From an uncultured bacterium (GTDB lineage: Bacteria > SAR324 > NAC60-12), in assembly GCA_964010765.1 (NCBI GenBank), contig CAXGMD010000027.1, forward strand, positions 1-37,362: a stretch of 37,362 bases of DNA, written 5' to 3'. Within the stretch, counting starts at the first letter, position 1. Every line of letters starts with the position of its first letter. Positions 17,042 to 27,561 of this stretch are shown here, piece by piece. A program made the position numbers and the translations under genes. The notes beneath the pieces are model-generated. The model saw nothing but the letters and a program-made list of their open reading frames with translations. It was not told where the DNA came from and did not search any database.

Positions 17042-19127
17042 TCTCTTGATGTCTGTCCAAGGGCTTTCTGTTTCTTTCTGGGAAGAGAAGCGTCGCCTCC
17101 AGGCGCTTAAAGATGTTTCCTTTGACATTCCAAAAAGCAAAACGGTTTGTCTTGTAGGGGAATCTGGTTGTGGAAAGTCGGTAACTGCAAGAACGCTCTT
17201 GGGGATCACGGGTGCCAATTCGACGATTGACGAGGGAACGATCCATTACTCTGATCCAAAAGGGACACTCGTAGATATAGTTGGTTTGAAGCCTGATTCC
17301 AAAGTCTTACGAAGGTTGCGTGGGAATGATGCAACGATGATTTTTCAGGAACCGATGACGGCGCTGTCATCCTTCTACACGATCGGGAATCAAATCGTTG
17401 AAGCTCTGCGACAACACGAAAGGGTCACCAAAAACCAGGCAAGAGCCCGGGCGATTGAGGTTCTGGAAGCAGTTGGAATGCCTGATCCACAGGCTCAGAT
17501 GGAATCCTATACTTTTGAGCTTTCAGGTGGTCAGAGGCAAAGAGCCATGATTGCCATGGCGCTGATGACAAATCCTCGCCTGTTGATTGCCGATGAACCC
17601 ACGACAGCCCTGGATGTGACCACACAGGCGGTTATCCTGGATTTGATGCGTACGATCCAGAAGAAATTTGAGATGTCCATCTTGTTCATCACTCACGATC
17701 TGGGGGTTGTGTCAGAAATTGCTGATGAAGTTGTGGTGATGTACTTGGGAGAAGTGGTTGAATCAGGACCTGTTGAGCAAATTTTTTCCAAACCCCGTCA
17801 TCCCTATACAAGAGCACTGATTTCTGCTGCACCACATTACGCTGGCAATCAGGAATCGAGGCTGCCCGTCATTCCAGGAATTGTCCCTTCACTGTTGGAG
17901 AGACCCACCGGATGTGCTTTTTCCACGCGCTGTCAGCATAACAAGTCAGAATTGTGCAATATAGATCGGCCTCCAATCAATCTTGGTAGTACAAATGTTC
18001 GGTGTTTTCTAGGGAGAGCAGGTGTTCCTGAAGAGTTCAAGAAAGAGGGAGTAACCACAGCCAGTGACGAAGGGGAGAAAACGGAATCACTTGCAAACGT
18101 GGCTTTGCAGGTGGAATCAGTGTCTCGACAGTTTGTGAAGCGAACGGGCTTAATCCGTAGAAAAGAAAAAACGATTCGTGCTGTAACTGAGGTGAGCCTG
18201 GAAATAAAAGAAGGAGAAACGCTGGGTCTTGTAGGTGAGTCGGGCTGTGGCAAAACAACACTTGGTCAAACCATTGCTGGATCGATAGATCCCTCTGATG
18301 GCAAGATTCGATTAGCTATCGAGGGACAAATGCGTGAGATTTCAAATTTGTCCGAGCAGGAGCGGCGGAATGCTTGGCAGCACATCCGCTTTGTTTTTCA
18401 GGATCCATTTGCTTCACTCAATCCCAGGATGACTGTTTTTGAGATTGTGTCTGAATCTTTGAGAAATGGACCCTCACGCATTGAAGATCGGCGCCTCCGG
18501 CAGCAGAGAGTCTATGAAGTCCTAGAAAGAGTTGGGCTAGATCCTGCCCAGAGTGATCGCTATCCTCATGCCTTTTCGGGTGGGCAGCGCCAGCGAATTG
18601 GGATTGCCCGGGCCCTTGCTCCCAAACCGAAAATTGTGATTGCTGATGAACCTGTGTCTGCCCTAGATGTTTCGGTGCAGGCTCAAATACTGAATCTTTT
18701 TCAGGATTTGCAGAGAGACCTTGGCCTGACCTATCTTTTCGTTTCGCATGACCTGAATGTCGTCTCTAACATTTCTGACCGTGTCGCAGTTATGTACGCA
18801 GGACGCATTGTAGAAATCGCCCCAACTGATGAAATCTATAGTTCTCCTCGTCATCCATACACTGCAGCTCTTCTTTCAGCTGTCCTTACGCCAGAATATA
18901 CCCCCAATAAATCTCGTAGAGAGCCTTTGCAGGGACATCCTCCAAACCCAGCCAATTTGCCTCCAGGCTGCTCCTTTGCTCCAAGATGTTCTTTCGCGAG
19001 TTCAAATTGTCAGCAGAATTCACCAACGCTGGAGTGCGATGATGAAGGGAGGCTCGTGGCCTGCCATCGTAAGAATGAACTAACGCTCTCAGGTATCACA
19101 AGGGTTAGCGGAAACGCGGTAGCATAA
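17031..19127 (+). CDS. Fused double ABC ATPase (DppD-DppF)
   Basis: Two GESGCGK Walker A motifs, two SGGQRQR signatures and two Cys-containing C-terminal HPYT domains. Confidence 0.92.
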   Translation: MRTDLLMSVQGLSVSFWEEKRRLQALKDVSFDIPKSKTVCLVGESGCGKSVTARTLLGITGANSTIDEGTIHYSDPKGTLVDIVGLKPDSKVLRRLRGNDATMIFQEPMTALSSFYTIGNQIVEALRQHERVTKNQARARAIEVLEAVGMPDPQAQMESYTFELSGGQRQRAMIAMALMTNPRLLIADEPTTALDVTTQAVILDLMRTIQKKFEMSILFITHDLGVVSEIADEVVVMYLGEVVESGPVEQIFSKPRHPYTRALISAAPHYAGNQESRLPVIPGIVPSLLERPTGCAFSTRCQHNKSELCNIDRPPINLGSTNVRCFLGRAGVPEEFKKEGVTTASDEGEKTESLANVALQVESVSRQFVKRTGLIRRKEKTIRAVTEVSLEIKEGETLGLVGESGCGKTTLGQTIAGSIDPSDGKIRLAIEGQMREISNLSEQERRNAWQHIRFVFQDPFASLNPRMTVFEIVSESLRNGPSRIEDRRLRQQRVYEVLERVGLDPAQSDRYPHAFSGGQRQRIGIARALAPKPKIVIADEPVSALDVSVQAQILNLFQDLQRDLGLTYLFVSHDLNVVSNISDRVAVMYAGRIVEIAPTDEIYSSPRHPYTAALLSAVLTPEYTPNKSRREPLQGHPPNPANLPPGCSFAPRCSFASSNCQQNSPTLECDDEGRLVACHRKNELTLSGITRVSGNAVA

Positions 19128-19187
19128 ACTTGATAGGTTAAAAAGCCTTTCAAAGACCAAATAGTAACAAACACAGATAGGCAGATC

Positions 19188-20567
19188 ATGAAACAAGAAA
19201 TTTACGGACATCTTACACTGGATAGCATGGCCACCCATGTTCCGCACAATTTTAAGGTGCCCGATGGAACCAAAACACTGCGACTTGAATTTGCACACAC
19301 ACCAGAGCATCCAGGAGTGGGTAACATTCCACACCAGCTTAGTATTTCAGTTTATGGCCCGAATGGGGCACGGGGAACCAGGCACAACAATGATGATCAA
19401 CAACCGATTATCTCCACAAACTGGGCATCACCGGGGTATCTGAGTGGCCCGATTGAGCCAGGAGATTGGACTGTTGAGTTGGATGTTCACCGCATCCTGC
19501 CACCTGGTAGCGTGGATTATCAAATCAATGTGTTCTGTGAGAACGAAGTCACAGATGCTAAAGCGCCAAAGGCTACCCCATTGAGGCCCAATTCAGTGAG
19601 GCGGCGTGGTCCGGGTTGGTATACTGGGGATCTACATGGGCATACCTATCATTCAGACGGAGATTTCAGTCCAGCGGAATTCCTAGAGGAAGCCTGGAAG
19701 AGGGGGTATGATTTTGTTGCCTTGACGGACCACAATACTCAGTCGGCAGTTCCCGAAATTACGAGTCTGGCTGGAGAGGCAATGACTATTCTAGGGGGAG
19801 TGGAACTGACAACCTTCAATGGGCATGCTGTTGTCCTTGGTGTTAGCGAATGGACAGAATGGCGAGTCAAGGATGGTAGCTCGATGAGCGCTCTGGCTTC
19901 AGATCTTCAAGACAGAGGCGCACTTTACATCATTGCTCATCCCAAGAGTGAGGGTCACCCAATCTGTACGGGTTGTCGTTGGGCTTTTTCGGATATGATG
20001 CCCGGACCTGCAAGGCATTTGGAAGTCTGGAACAGAGGCTGGGCAGGCTCTCATAACGAACCGGGACTGCGCCAATTCTACAAATGGCTCAATGAGGGAT
20101 TCCGAATGGTTGCATCTAGTGGAACAGACAGTCACCGTCCAATGCCTCCTGATGTCCGTATCGGAGCAAACAGAGTTTATGCTCACGATAATACCCAGGA
20201 TGAAATTCTTGCTGGCCTCAGAAGAGGACATTGTTTTGTAACCAGTGGTCCTGAGATCAGTTTCACAGCTGAAACGGAAGATTCAAAAGCTAGTATGGGA
20301 GATTTAGTGAAGCCAGGTCAGCTGAAATTGAAGATGGGTTGGTCTTTGGGGCTAAACGGATTTGATCCCTTTGAGTTAGATGCTGTCCTGATTAAAAATA
20401 ACGAGACTTTGGGCCGTTGGTCCTGTGGTGATCATTCAGATTCTGAGTTTACAACAATCTCTAAGGAAGCAGATTGGTTTACCCTCGAATTGAGAGATCC
20501 GAGAGGGGAACTCCATGCACTCTCAAATCCTATATTTGTTGGTCAGCAGGTTGGTACTTGGCGATAG
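19188..20567 (+). CDS. PHP-domain metallohydrolase, CehA/McbA family-like (paralog 1)
   Basis: GDLHGHTYHSDG, TDHN, E...GH, AHP, GTDSH, SNPIF. Confidence 0.85.
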   Translation: MKQEIYGHLTLDSMATHVPHNFKVPDGTKTLRLEFAHTPEHPGVGNIPHQLSISVYGPNGARGTRHNNDDQQPIISTNWASPGYLSGPIEPGDWTVELDVHRILPPGSVDYQINVFCENEVTDAKAPKATPLRPNSVRRRGPGWYTGDLHGHTYHSDGDFSPAEFLEEAWKRGYDFVALTDHNTQSAVPEITSLAGEAMTILGGVELTTFNGHAVVLGVSEWTEWRVKDGSSMSALASDLQDRGALYIIAHPKSEGHPICTGCRWAFSDMMPGPARHLEVWNRGWAGSHNEPGLRQFYKWLNEGFRMVASSGTDSHRPMPPDVRIGANRVYAHDNTQDEILAGLRRGHCFVTSGPEISFTAETEDSKASMGDLVKPGQLKLKMGWSLGLNGFDPFELDAVLIKNNETLGRWSCGDHSDSEFTTISKEADWFTLELRDPRGELHALSNPIFVGQQVGTWR

Positions 20568-20636
20568 AGTAGAGGAATCACTGCGTAGCTGCTCTGTAAC
20601 CTCGCCTCGTTTGATTAACTCTTGAGGAAGAAAACA

Positions 20637-22091
20637 GTGGAAGAATTTATTCTGTCATCAGGTCAGCAAATTGAGTTCGACATTCACGTTGATCGTAGCA
20701 CCAAGGCGAGGTCTCCATTCTTTGAGATTCCTGTGCATGTGCCGAAGGGGGTCACTCGGATTGATGTCAACTTTCAATACGAAAAGTCTGACGATTGTCT
20801 GATTGATATTGGTATCTTGGATAGCACTGCCACAGACTTTCCGACTCGAAAAGGCTTTCGGGGTTGGAGTGGTGGGGCACGGGATCATTTCTTCATAGCC
20901 CGAGACAGTGCGACTCCTGGATACTATGCGGGTGAGATTCCAGAAGGCAGATGGAAGATACTGCTGGGGCTCTACATCCTCCCTGAGGAAGGAGCAAGCG
21001 TCAAATTGGGGATGAAAGCTGATGATTCTGCTCGACAGCTATTCGTTGCTCCTGAACCGGTTCGGGTACGGAGAGACGGCCCAGGATGGTTCCGAGGGGA
21101 TCTGCACTGCCATACCTATCACAGCGATGCCAAGGGAGCCCCGGAGGTCCTTGCAGAAAACGCTAGATCGGTTGGGCTCGATTTCCTGGCTGTTACAGAT
21201 CATAACACAACCACGCAGTGGCAGTACTTTGGCCAGCAGAGTACCCCAGATCTAGTCTTTGTCCCAGGTATGGAACTGACCACCTACCGTGGGCATGCCA
21301 ATGTCTTTGGTCTTTCGGAGTGGATTGATTTTCGGATAGGCGGAATTGAAGACTTGCCAACGTTTCTTGAGGAAGTGAAACGCCAAAATGCGATCTTTTC
21401 TGTCAACCATGACAAGGAACCTCTTGTTTGGGACTATGACTATCCCGAAATGGATTGCATGGAGGTCTACCACGGACACTGGCTTACCAGTAATGATGGT
21501 GTCTTGAAAACGTATGATCGACTGCTCGCGGAAGGCCGTCAAATTTCACTGATCGGTGGTAGTGATCTGCATCAGCCTGAAGGATTGAGATCGCCAGGGC
21601 CCTTTGGTCTAGGCAAGCCCACAACAGTCATTTGGGCTCCCTATCTAGATGCTGGTTCTGTTGTGGGCGCTCTGAAAAATGGATTTGGGTATGTGACAGA
21701 ATCCCCAACTGGGCCTCATCTGGCCTTCACCGTAAATGATCAACCCATGGGAAGCCACATTAAACGCTCTGAGTTAGGCTCCAATGATCTCGAGGTGAAT
21801 TTTGAAGTAAGAGGTGCTGAGGGTGATCAACTACGTTTTGTGACAGAGGACGGTTGCATTCAGACATACAGAATTCCCTCAGATGATTGGCAGGATAGCA
21901 TGACAATTTCAGTTCACGGTAAATTTCTCCGTGCAGAAATCGAAGCTAAAAATAGCCGTCAACGATTGATCAATGAACTAGTGGACTGGTACAAAGAGCG
22001 TCCTATTTACAACCGATCTCAACAATCCTTGGAAGATCCTCCGAGAATCCTCAGAACGCTGAGCAATCCAGTTTTTTTCAAAGATTCTTGA
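20637..22091 (+). CDS. PHP-domain metallohydrolase, CehA/McbA family-like (paralog 2)
   Basis: GDLHCHTYHSD, TDHN, GSDLH, SNPVF; GAGGA SD favours GTG 20637 over TTG 20622. Confidence 0.85.
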   Translation: MEEFILSSGQQIEFDIHVDRSTKARSPFFEIPVHVPKGVTRIDVNFQYEKSDDCLIDIGILDSTATDFPTRKGFRGWSGGARDHFFIARDSATPGYYAGEIPEGRWKILLGLYILPEEGASVKLGMKADDSARQLFVAPEPVRVRRDGPGWFRGDLHCHTYHSDAKGAPEVLAENARSVGLDFLAVTDHNTTTQWQYFGQQSTPDLVFVPGMELTTYRGHANVFGLSEWIDFRIGGIEDLPTFLEEVKRQNAIFSVNHDKEPLVWDYDYPEMDCMEVYHGHWLTSNDGVLKTYDRLLAEGRQISLIGGSDLHQPEGLRSPGPFGLGKPTTVIWAPYLDAGSVVGALKNGFGYVTESPTGPHLAFTVNDQPMGSHIKRSELGSNDLEVNFEVRGAEGDQLRFVTEDGCIQTYRIPSDDWQDSMTISVHGKFLRAEIEAKNSRQRLINELVDWYKERPIYNRSQQSLEDPPRILRTLSNPVFFKDS

Positions 22092-22186
22092 CCGGAGTTT
22101 AAAATCAAATTGATTCATTTGGAACCAAAGAAACCCCGTTGAAACAGCTTCTGGATTAACATCTTTAAGAAAAACAGGTCAGATTC

Positions 22187-22828
22187 ATGAAATTGAAAAG
22201 GGCATTTACTGAAGAAATCAACCTTCAATACTTGTTGGATCTTCCAGAGAACTATTCCTCAGAGAAAAATTGGCCTCTCGTGATATTTCTGCATGGTTAC
22301 GGAGAGCGCGGAGACAATCTTGAGCTGGTTCGAAAGCATGGCCCGCCTAAATTAGCAGGGGAAGGTCAGCAATTCCCTTTTGTTCTGGCAAGCCCACAAT
22401 GTCCTGCTGAGTTCCATTGGCGCAGCAGTTTCATCATTTCCCTGGTTGAAGAACTTCTGGCGAACTACTCAATTGATCCGAATCGAGTCTACTTAACAGG
22501 GCTGAGTATGGGAGGGTATGGGACTTGGCAGGCAGCCTTGGAATATCCAGAGAAATTCGCTGCAATAGTACCTATCTGCGGAGGAGGATCGCACATAGAT
22601 TTGCCGTTTATGGACCGTTTGAGAAACCTGCCGATTTTGGCCTTTCATGACAGCGGGGATGATGTAGTTCCTTACCAGGAATCAGTTAGGATGGTGGAAA
22701 AAGTTAACGCTTCAGGCGGGAATGCGAAACTGAAGACTTTTCACGAAAAATCTCACGATTCATGGACTGCTGCTTATGCCAATCCAGAACTTTACGAGTG
22801 GATGCTGAGCAAAACCAGAACCCACTAG
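22187..22828 (+). CDS. Alpha/beta hydrolase (carboxylesterase/phospholipase-like)
   Basis: FLHGYGE, GLSMGG nucleophile elbow, D.VVP, HDSW. Confidence 0.88.
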   Translation: MKLKRAFTEEINLQYLLDLPENYSSEKNWPLVIFLHGYGERGDNLELVRKHGPPKLAGEGQQFPFVLASPQCPAEFHWRSSFIISLVEELLANYSIDPNRVYLTGLSMGGYGTWQAALEYPEKFAAIVPICGGGSHIDLPFMDRLRNLPILAFHDSGDDVVPYQESVRMVEKVNASGGNAKLKTFHEKSHDSWTAAYANPELYEWMLSKTRTH

Positions 22829-23097
22829 GCTACTCGATATCCGTAGTACCAAACATTCGGCACCTTTCCGACATTACGGACAGTATGGATAGCCTGTGCC
22901 GGGATAAAAATTTCTTCTCCGATTACTGGTCTGTGCATTTGCCCTTCGACCTCAATTTCTATCTGCCCCTCTGCCAAAATCACTAGTTCTTCGGTTGAGT
23001 GCGAAAAGTCCTGCCAGACTCTTCCCGGTGGATCTCTAAAGATCCCGAAGCTGAAACCTCGAGATTCCCATTGCTGACGTATTTTCTTTGCGTCCAT
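22825..23097 (-). CDS. Small cupin-domain protein
   Basis: H..EE....EG and GEEIFIPA...HTVRN cupin motifs; likely start ATG 23097. Confidence 0.8.
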   Translation of the reverse strand: MDAKKIRQQWESRGFSFGIFRDPPGRVWQDFSHSTEELVILAEGQIEIEVEGQMHRPVIGEEIFIPAQAIHTVRNVGKVPNVWYYGYRVA

Positions 23098-23336
23098 TTT
23101 AAATGCTTCTTTGAGTGTTAGATGATTTGAAGTGACTTTCCAACTACAAGAAGTCCCTACTCCTGAAAAGAGATTCCAGCCAGAGTTGCCCCGATTTTGG
23201 CATGGCAAGATGAGAAAAAATTCTGAGATTTTGTTTCCGGTGAACTCAGACTTTTCATCTGAAGCCAACGCGACTATCTTTGCCTCCAAGTTTCATAATG
23301 CTCTAGATCCAAACACTATTGAGGAAGAACCCCTTT

Positions 23337-24308
23337 ATGACACCTGTGAAAGCCGCTGATTGGACAACAGTCCAAAAAATTACCATTTCCAATGGTCCTG
23401 CGAGAGCTCAATTGATTAGTTATGGAGCTACTTTGACGGATTTCCGACTGGATGGGTTCCCCTATTCTTTGGCCTTGGGTAGTCCTGATCCAGAGAGTTA
23501 TTTCGGGAAAATGCGATACTTTGGGGCTATTGTGGGACCCATTGCGAATCGAATTGCTCAGGGTAAGGCTCTCCTTGATGGTCAAAGTTTGCAGCTGGCA
23601 GTCAATGAAAACGGGAATGCCTTACATGGGGGACTGGAGGGAATCTCCCAAAAAAATTGGCAGGTTGAGGAGTTGCAATCGGATCGGGTCACCTTTTCTG
23701 TAGAAACCTCGGATGGAGAGAGTGGGTTACCTGGACCGCTTGAAATCAAGGTGAGCTATTCGATCCAGAATGACGGTGCCCTCAAAATTGAGCTTGTAGC
23801 GGAGAGTGAAAAACCAACTTTCTGTAATCCCGCTTTTCATGGGTATTGGTGTCTGAATGACAAGGGCTTATCAGGTCACAAGCTGACGATCCAGGCAGAT
23901 CACTTCCTGCCAACAAATGAAGCCCTGATTCCAACAGGAGAGATTCAGCCGGTCGCTGATACTCCCTATGATCTTAGGCAGCCAAGCGCTTTACCTGCGG
24001 AAATCAGCCTGGATACCAACTTCTGTTTGAATGGGAGTGGATTGCGAGAGGTAGCCAGATTGGAAACAGACGAGCTCGCAATGATTGTGGAAACAGACGC
24101 CCCAGGATTGCAGGTTTATGACGCCGCCCGGCTGGATACATCCCCAGTTCTTGGTCATTCGGGGAAGCCTTATGGTGGGCATGCAGGCATTGCGATGGAA
24201 CCTCAATTCTGGCCAGATGCTCCAAATCAGCCAAATTTTCCATCCATTACTTTGCGGCCGGGGGAGCGTTTCAGTCAGACCTCGTTCTTCCGCTTCATCC
24301 GGAAATAA
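23337..24308 (+). CDS. galM: Aldose 1-epimerase (mutarotase)
   Basis: G..ANRI, LHGG, HGYW and EPQFWPDAPN motifs. Confidence 0.9.
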   Translation: MTPVKAADWTTVQKITISNGPARAQLISYGATLTDFRLDGFPYSLALGSPDPESYFGKMRYFGAIVGPIANRIAQGKALLDGQSLQLAVNENGNALHGGLEGISQKNWQVEELQSDRVTFSVETSDGESGLPGPLEIKVSYSIQNDGALKIELVAESEKPTFCNPAFHGYWCLNDKGLSGHKLTIQADHFLPTNEALIPTGEIQPVADTPYDLRQPSALPAEISLDTNFCLNGSGLREVARLETDELAMIVETDAPGLQVYDAARLDTSPVLGHSGKPYGGHAGIAMEPQFWPDAPNQPNFPSITLRPGERFSQTSFFRFIRK

Positions 24309-24325
24309 ACCGAGAAGTAGGGAAA

Positions 24326-25540
24326 TCAAGCATTAGCTTCTGGAATTTTCGCAAAGCGGAGGTCTGTCACGTCTTTCACACGAACAGGGCGTCCTTCCTT
24401 TGCGGAGCAAATTGCCGCCATTGTGGTTTGCACATCTCGTTTTCCGTCTTCTCCGGTGTAGCTCGGTTTACGGCCATGGATGAGCGCATCAATGAACTCA
24501 TTGATCTGATTCTGATGCGCTTTGCTATAATACGAAACCTCAGACTGCCAGATATCGTCACCACCCTCATCAAACCGAAAAGTTCGAGTTTCTTTATCCT
24601 TGCGGTGAAGAACCAGATGTGTGCTCTCCCCCATCCATTGCAGTCCTCGGCCTCCTTCACCCAGCACTTCAATCATTCCCTGGTCACCAATGATGCTCAA
24701 ACTGAAGCCATACATCGGGTCAAACTTCCCATTGAGTGTTTCAGCTCGCATCCAGACCCCTTGACAGGCAAGATCGTCGTAGGTCCAGGTGATGATTGGG
24801 ATGTCCCCTGAGTCCTCTGGGCGGTAAACGTGCGTTTCGCCTTCATCGACTTGGTAAGCCGTCTTCATCCAGCTGATATCTGATTTCAGTGCATAGACTT
24901 CCTTGATTCTTGACCCCATTAGGTATTCAGCGGTGGCAAAGAAATGAACACAATGATCAAACATCCAAGGGAAGCCCGCACCCCCGGCCTTTTTAGAGTC
25001 CATCCGCCATCCACGATGATCATCAGTCACTGGACGGCCGGTCTCCAGTACTCCCGGACGTTCGACCCACGATCCAAATTGTTGACGTATCTGCTGAGGC
25101 TTACCGATTTCACCAGCATCAATTAAAGTTCGGGCCTGTTTGAGCGAGGTCATGAAGATGTAGGATTCACCAACCATCAGCGTGACACCCTGGGTGTGAG
25201 CGGCCTCACAAACTTCCTGCCCTTCAGTCAACGTCAAACAGAATGGCTTTTCACAGAGAATATTTTTTCCTGCCATGGCTGCCGCCAGAGCCATTGGAGA
25301 ATGCAAAATCGTGGGAGTGGTGATGTCTACGGTATTAATCTCTGGATCCTGTAGCATCTGCTCATAAGCGGTGTAGGTTTTGGGAATACCATACTTATTC
25401 GCGATCTCTTTTAAACGAGCTGCGTCAAGATCACAGACAGCTATAACCTCTGCATCTGGATGGGCTGAATAAGCCTTAAGATGACTCTCACAGACCATAC
25501 CCAGGCCAACGAGCCCTACATTCACTTTTTTAACTTTCAT
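24326..25540 (-). CDS. Gfo/Idh/MocA family oxidoreductase
   Basis: GLVGLG, LCEKP, WR....AGG, DHCVH. Confidence 0.9.
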   Translation of the reverse strand: MKVKKVNVGLVGLGMVCESHLKAYSAHPDAEVIAVCDLDAARLKEIANKYGIPKTYTAYEQMLQDPEINTVDITTPTILHSPMALAAAMAGKNILCEKPFCLTLTEGQEVCEAAHTQGVTLMVGESYIFMTSLKQARTLIDAGEIGKPQQIRQQFGSWVERPGVLETGRPVTDDHRGWRMDSKKAGGAGFPWMFDHCVHFFATAEYLMGSRIKEVYALKSDISWMKTAYQVDEGETHVYRPEDSGDIPIITWTYDDLACQGVWMRAETLNGKFDPMYGFSLSIIGDQGMIEVLGEGGRGLQWMGESTHLVLHRKDKETRTFRFDEGGDDIWQSEVSYYSKAHQNQINEFIDALIHGRKPSYTGEDGKRDVQTTMAAICSAKEGRPVRVKDVTDLRFAKIPEANA

Positions 25541-25657
25541 ACTTTGACCATGATTCCAGATGTCATTTCAGGAACATGGAGGCAATTGCATCCATGGATC
25601 GCTTCTTATACTATCGGTTTTTCGAATAATCGACACGTCTGGTAAAAGGATACTCAA

Positions 25658-27361
25658 ATGTCTGAAATTTCAAAGGGACTCGCTAACGGGTTAACCAATT
25701 ATGGGGATCCAGAGTTTGCTAAATATCTGCGACGCTCATTTGCGAAATCCATGGGCTACACCAATGAATCCCTGGATAAGCCGATTGTTGGCATCTGTTA
25801 CACTGAAAGTGGTTTCAACAACTGCCACCGGCATTTCCCTGAGATGCTTGAAGCGGTAAAAAGAGGGGTGCTGGCCTCAGGCGCTTTGCCGATGCCATTT
25901 CCGATGATCTCGCTGGGGGAGGTTTTCTTGAGTCCAACCTCGATGGTCTACCGCAATCTGATGGCGATGGCCGTGGAGGAGATGATCCGGGCTCAGCCAA
26001 TGGATGCCGTTGTCTTGATGGGAGGTTGTGACAAAACAATACCCGCCTTGTTGATGGGAGCAATCTCAGCTGGAAAACCCGCCATGATGTTGGTAGCCGG
26101 GCCAATGATGACAGGTCGCTACAAGGGAGAGCGTCTGGGTGCCTGTACGGATTGCCGACGCTTTTGGGCTCAATATCGTGCAGGGACCATCTCTCAGCAG
26201 GAAATCGATCAGATTGAGGGAAATCTTGCGGTTACTTCAGGGACTTGTGCGGTGATGGGTACAGCCTCCAGTATGGCAGTGATCGCAGAAACACTGGGTG
26301 TGATGCTCCCAAATACGGCATCGATTCCCGCTGTTCACGCAGACAGATTGAGAGCTTCTGAACAAACTGGGGCCTTGGCTGCTAAAATGGCCATCCAAGG
26401 GGGTCCCAAGCTGGAGCAACTGATCACTGAGAAATCGGTGGAAAATGCGCTGCGAGTCTTGCTGGGTGTTTCAGGTTCGACCAATGCCATGATTCACCTC
26501 ACCGCAATTGCTGGAAGAGCAGGAGTGGAGGTTGACCTGAAGCGATTCAATGAACTCTCAGATGAAACCCCGGTATTGGTGGATCTCAAACCTGTGGGGA
26601 CTGGCTACATGGAAGATTTTCATGCAGCTGGAGGATTGGACGGAGTTTTACGTGCGCTAGCTTCGCAATTGAACCTCCAAACGCTTGATGTGACCGGGCA
26701 AAACTTGGAGCAGCGACTCAAACAGGAACAGGCTGAAACGACGGATCTAAGCGTGATTCGGAATACTCAGAATCCAGTAGATGCCCAAGGGGGCTTGATT
26801 GCTCTGCATGGGACCTTGGCACCCGAAGGCGCAATTCTGAAACGTGCTGCGGCCACTTCTTCTTTATTGGAACATGAGGGTAGAGCGGTTGTTTTTTCTT
26901 CTCTGGAAGACCTCGCAGCCCGAATCGATTCTCCCGATCTGGATGTGAATGCGGACGATATTCTGGTTTTACAAAATGCTGGACCTCGCAGCCCCTCAGG
27001 GATGCCTGAGGCGGGTTATTTGCCGATTCCCAAGAAGTTAGCAAAAGTGGGGGTCAAAGACATGGTTCGTATCTCGGATGCACGTATGTCGGGAACTGCA
27101 TTTGGCACAATTGTGTTGCATGTCACTCCGGAAGCAGACCTTGGTGGTCCACTGGCGCTTGTCCAAAATGGAGATCGTATCCGTCTCTCGGCTGCGGCCA
27201 AAACGATTGACCTTCTGGTCACTCCTGAGGAATTAGAGCGCAGGCGTTGTGCTCTGCCCCCCTCATCGACACCACCCTCACGTGGATATCGAAAGCTCTA
27301 TCACGATACGATCCTACCAGCTCCTCAAGGATGTGACTTTGATTTCCTGGTGCCAAATTAA
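25658..27361 (+). CDS. IlvD/Edd family dehydratase, probably a sugar-acid dehydratase
   Basis: NNCH, GGCDKT, GTC.VMGTA, GMPE, SDARMSGT. Confidence 0.9.
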   Translation: MSEISKGLANGLTNYGDPEFAKYLRRSFAKSMGYTNESLDKPIVGICYTESGFNNCHRHFPEMLEAVKRGVLASGALPMPFPMISLGEVFLSPTSMVYRNLMAMAVEEMIRAQPMDAVVLMGGCDKTIPALLMGAISAGKPAMMLVAGPMMTGRYKGERLGACTDCRRFWAQYRAGTISQQEIDQIEGNLAVTSGTCAVMGTASSMAVIAETLGVMLPNTASIPAVHADRLRASEQTGALAAKMAIQGGPKLEQLITEKSVENALRVLLGVSGSTNAMIHLTAIAGRAGVEVDLKRFNELSDETPVLVDLKPVGTGYMEDFHAAGGLDGVLRALASQLNLQTLDVTGQNLEQRLKQEQAETTDLSVIRNTQNPVDAQGGLIALHGTLAPEGAILKRAAATSSLLEHEGRAVVFSSLEDLAARIDSPDLDVNADDILVLQNAGPRSPSGMPEAGYLPIPKKLAKVGVKDMVRISDARMSGTAFGTIVLHVTPEADLGGPLALVQNGDRIRLSAAAKTIDLLVTPEELERRRCALPPSSTPPSRGYRKLYHDTILPAPQGCDFDFLVPN

Positions 27362-27561
27362 CGTTGTTTCTAGACGCGATAGCTAATGATCAGATTTTCT
27401 TGATTAACTTGAAATTAATCTAAAATTTTAGTGATGATTGATAATGGTCAAAAAAGACTGGACTCTAATAAACTTGAATAGATGACCTGAGTTATCAACT
27501 CTGTTATTTTCCAAATACTTTAAACTGAAACGAATAATTAAATTCTAAAATTATTTGATCA

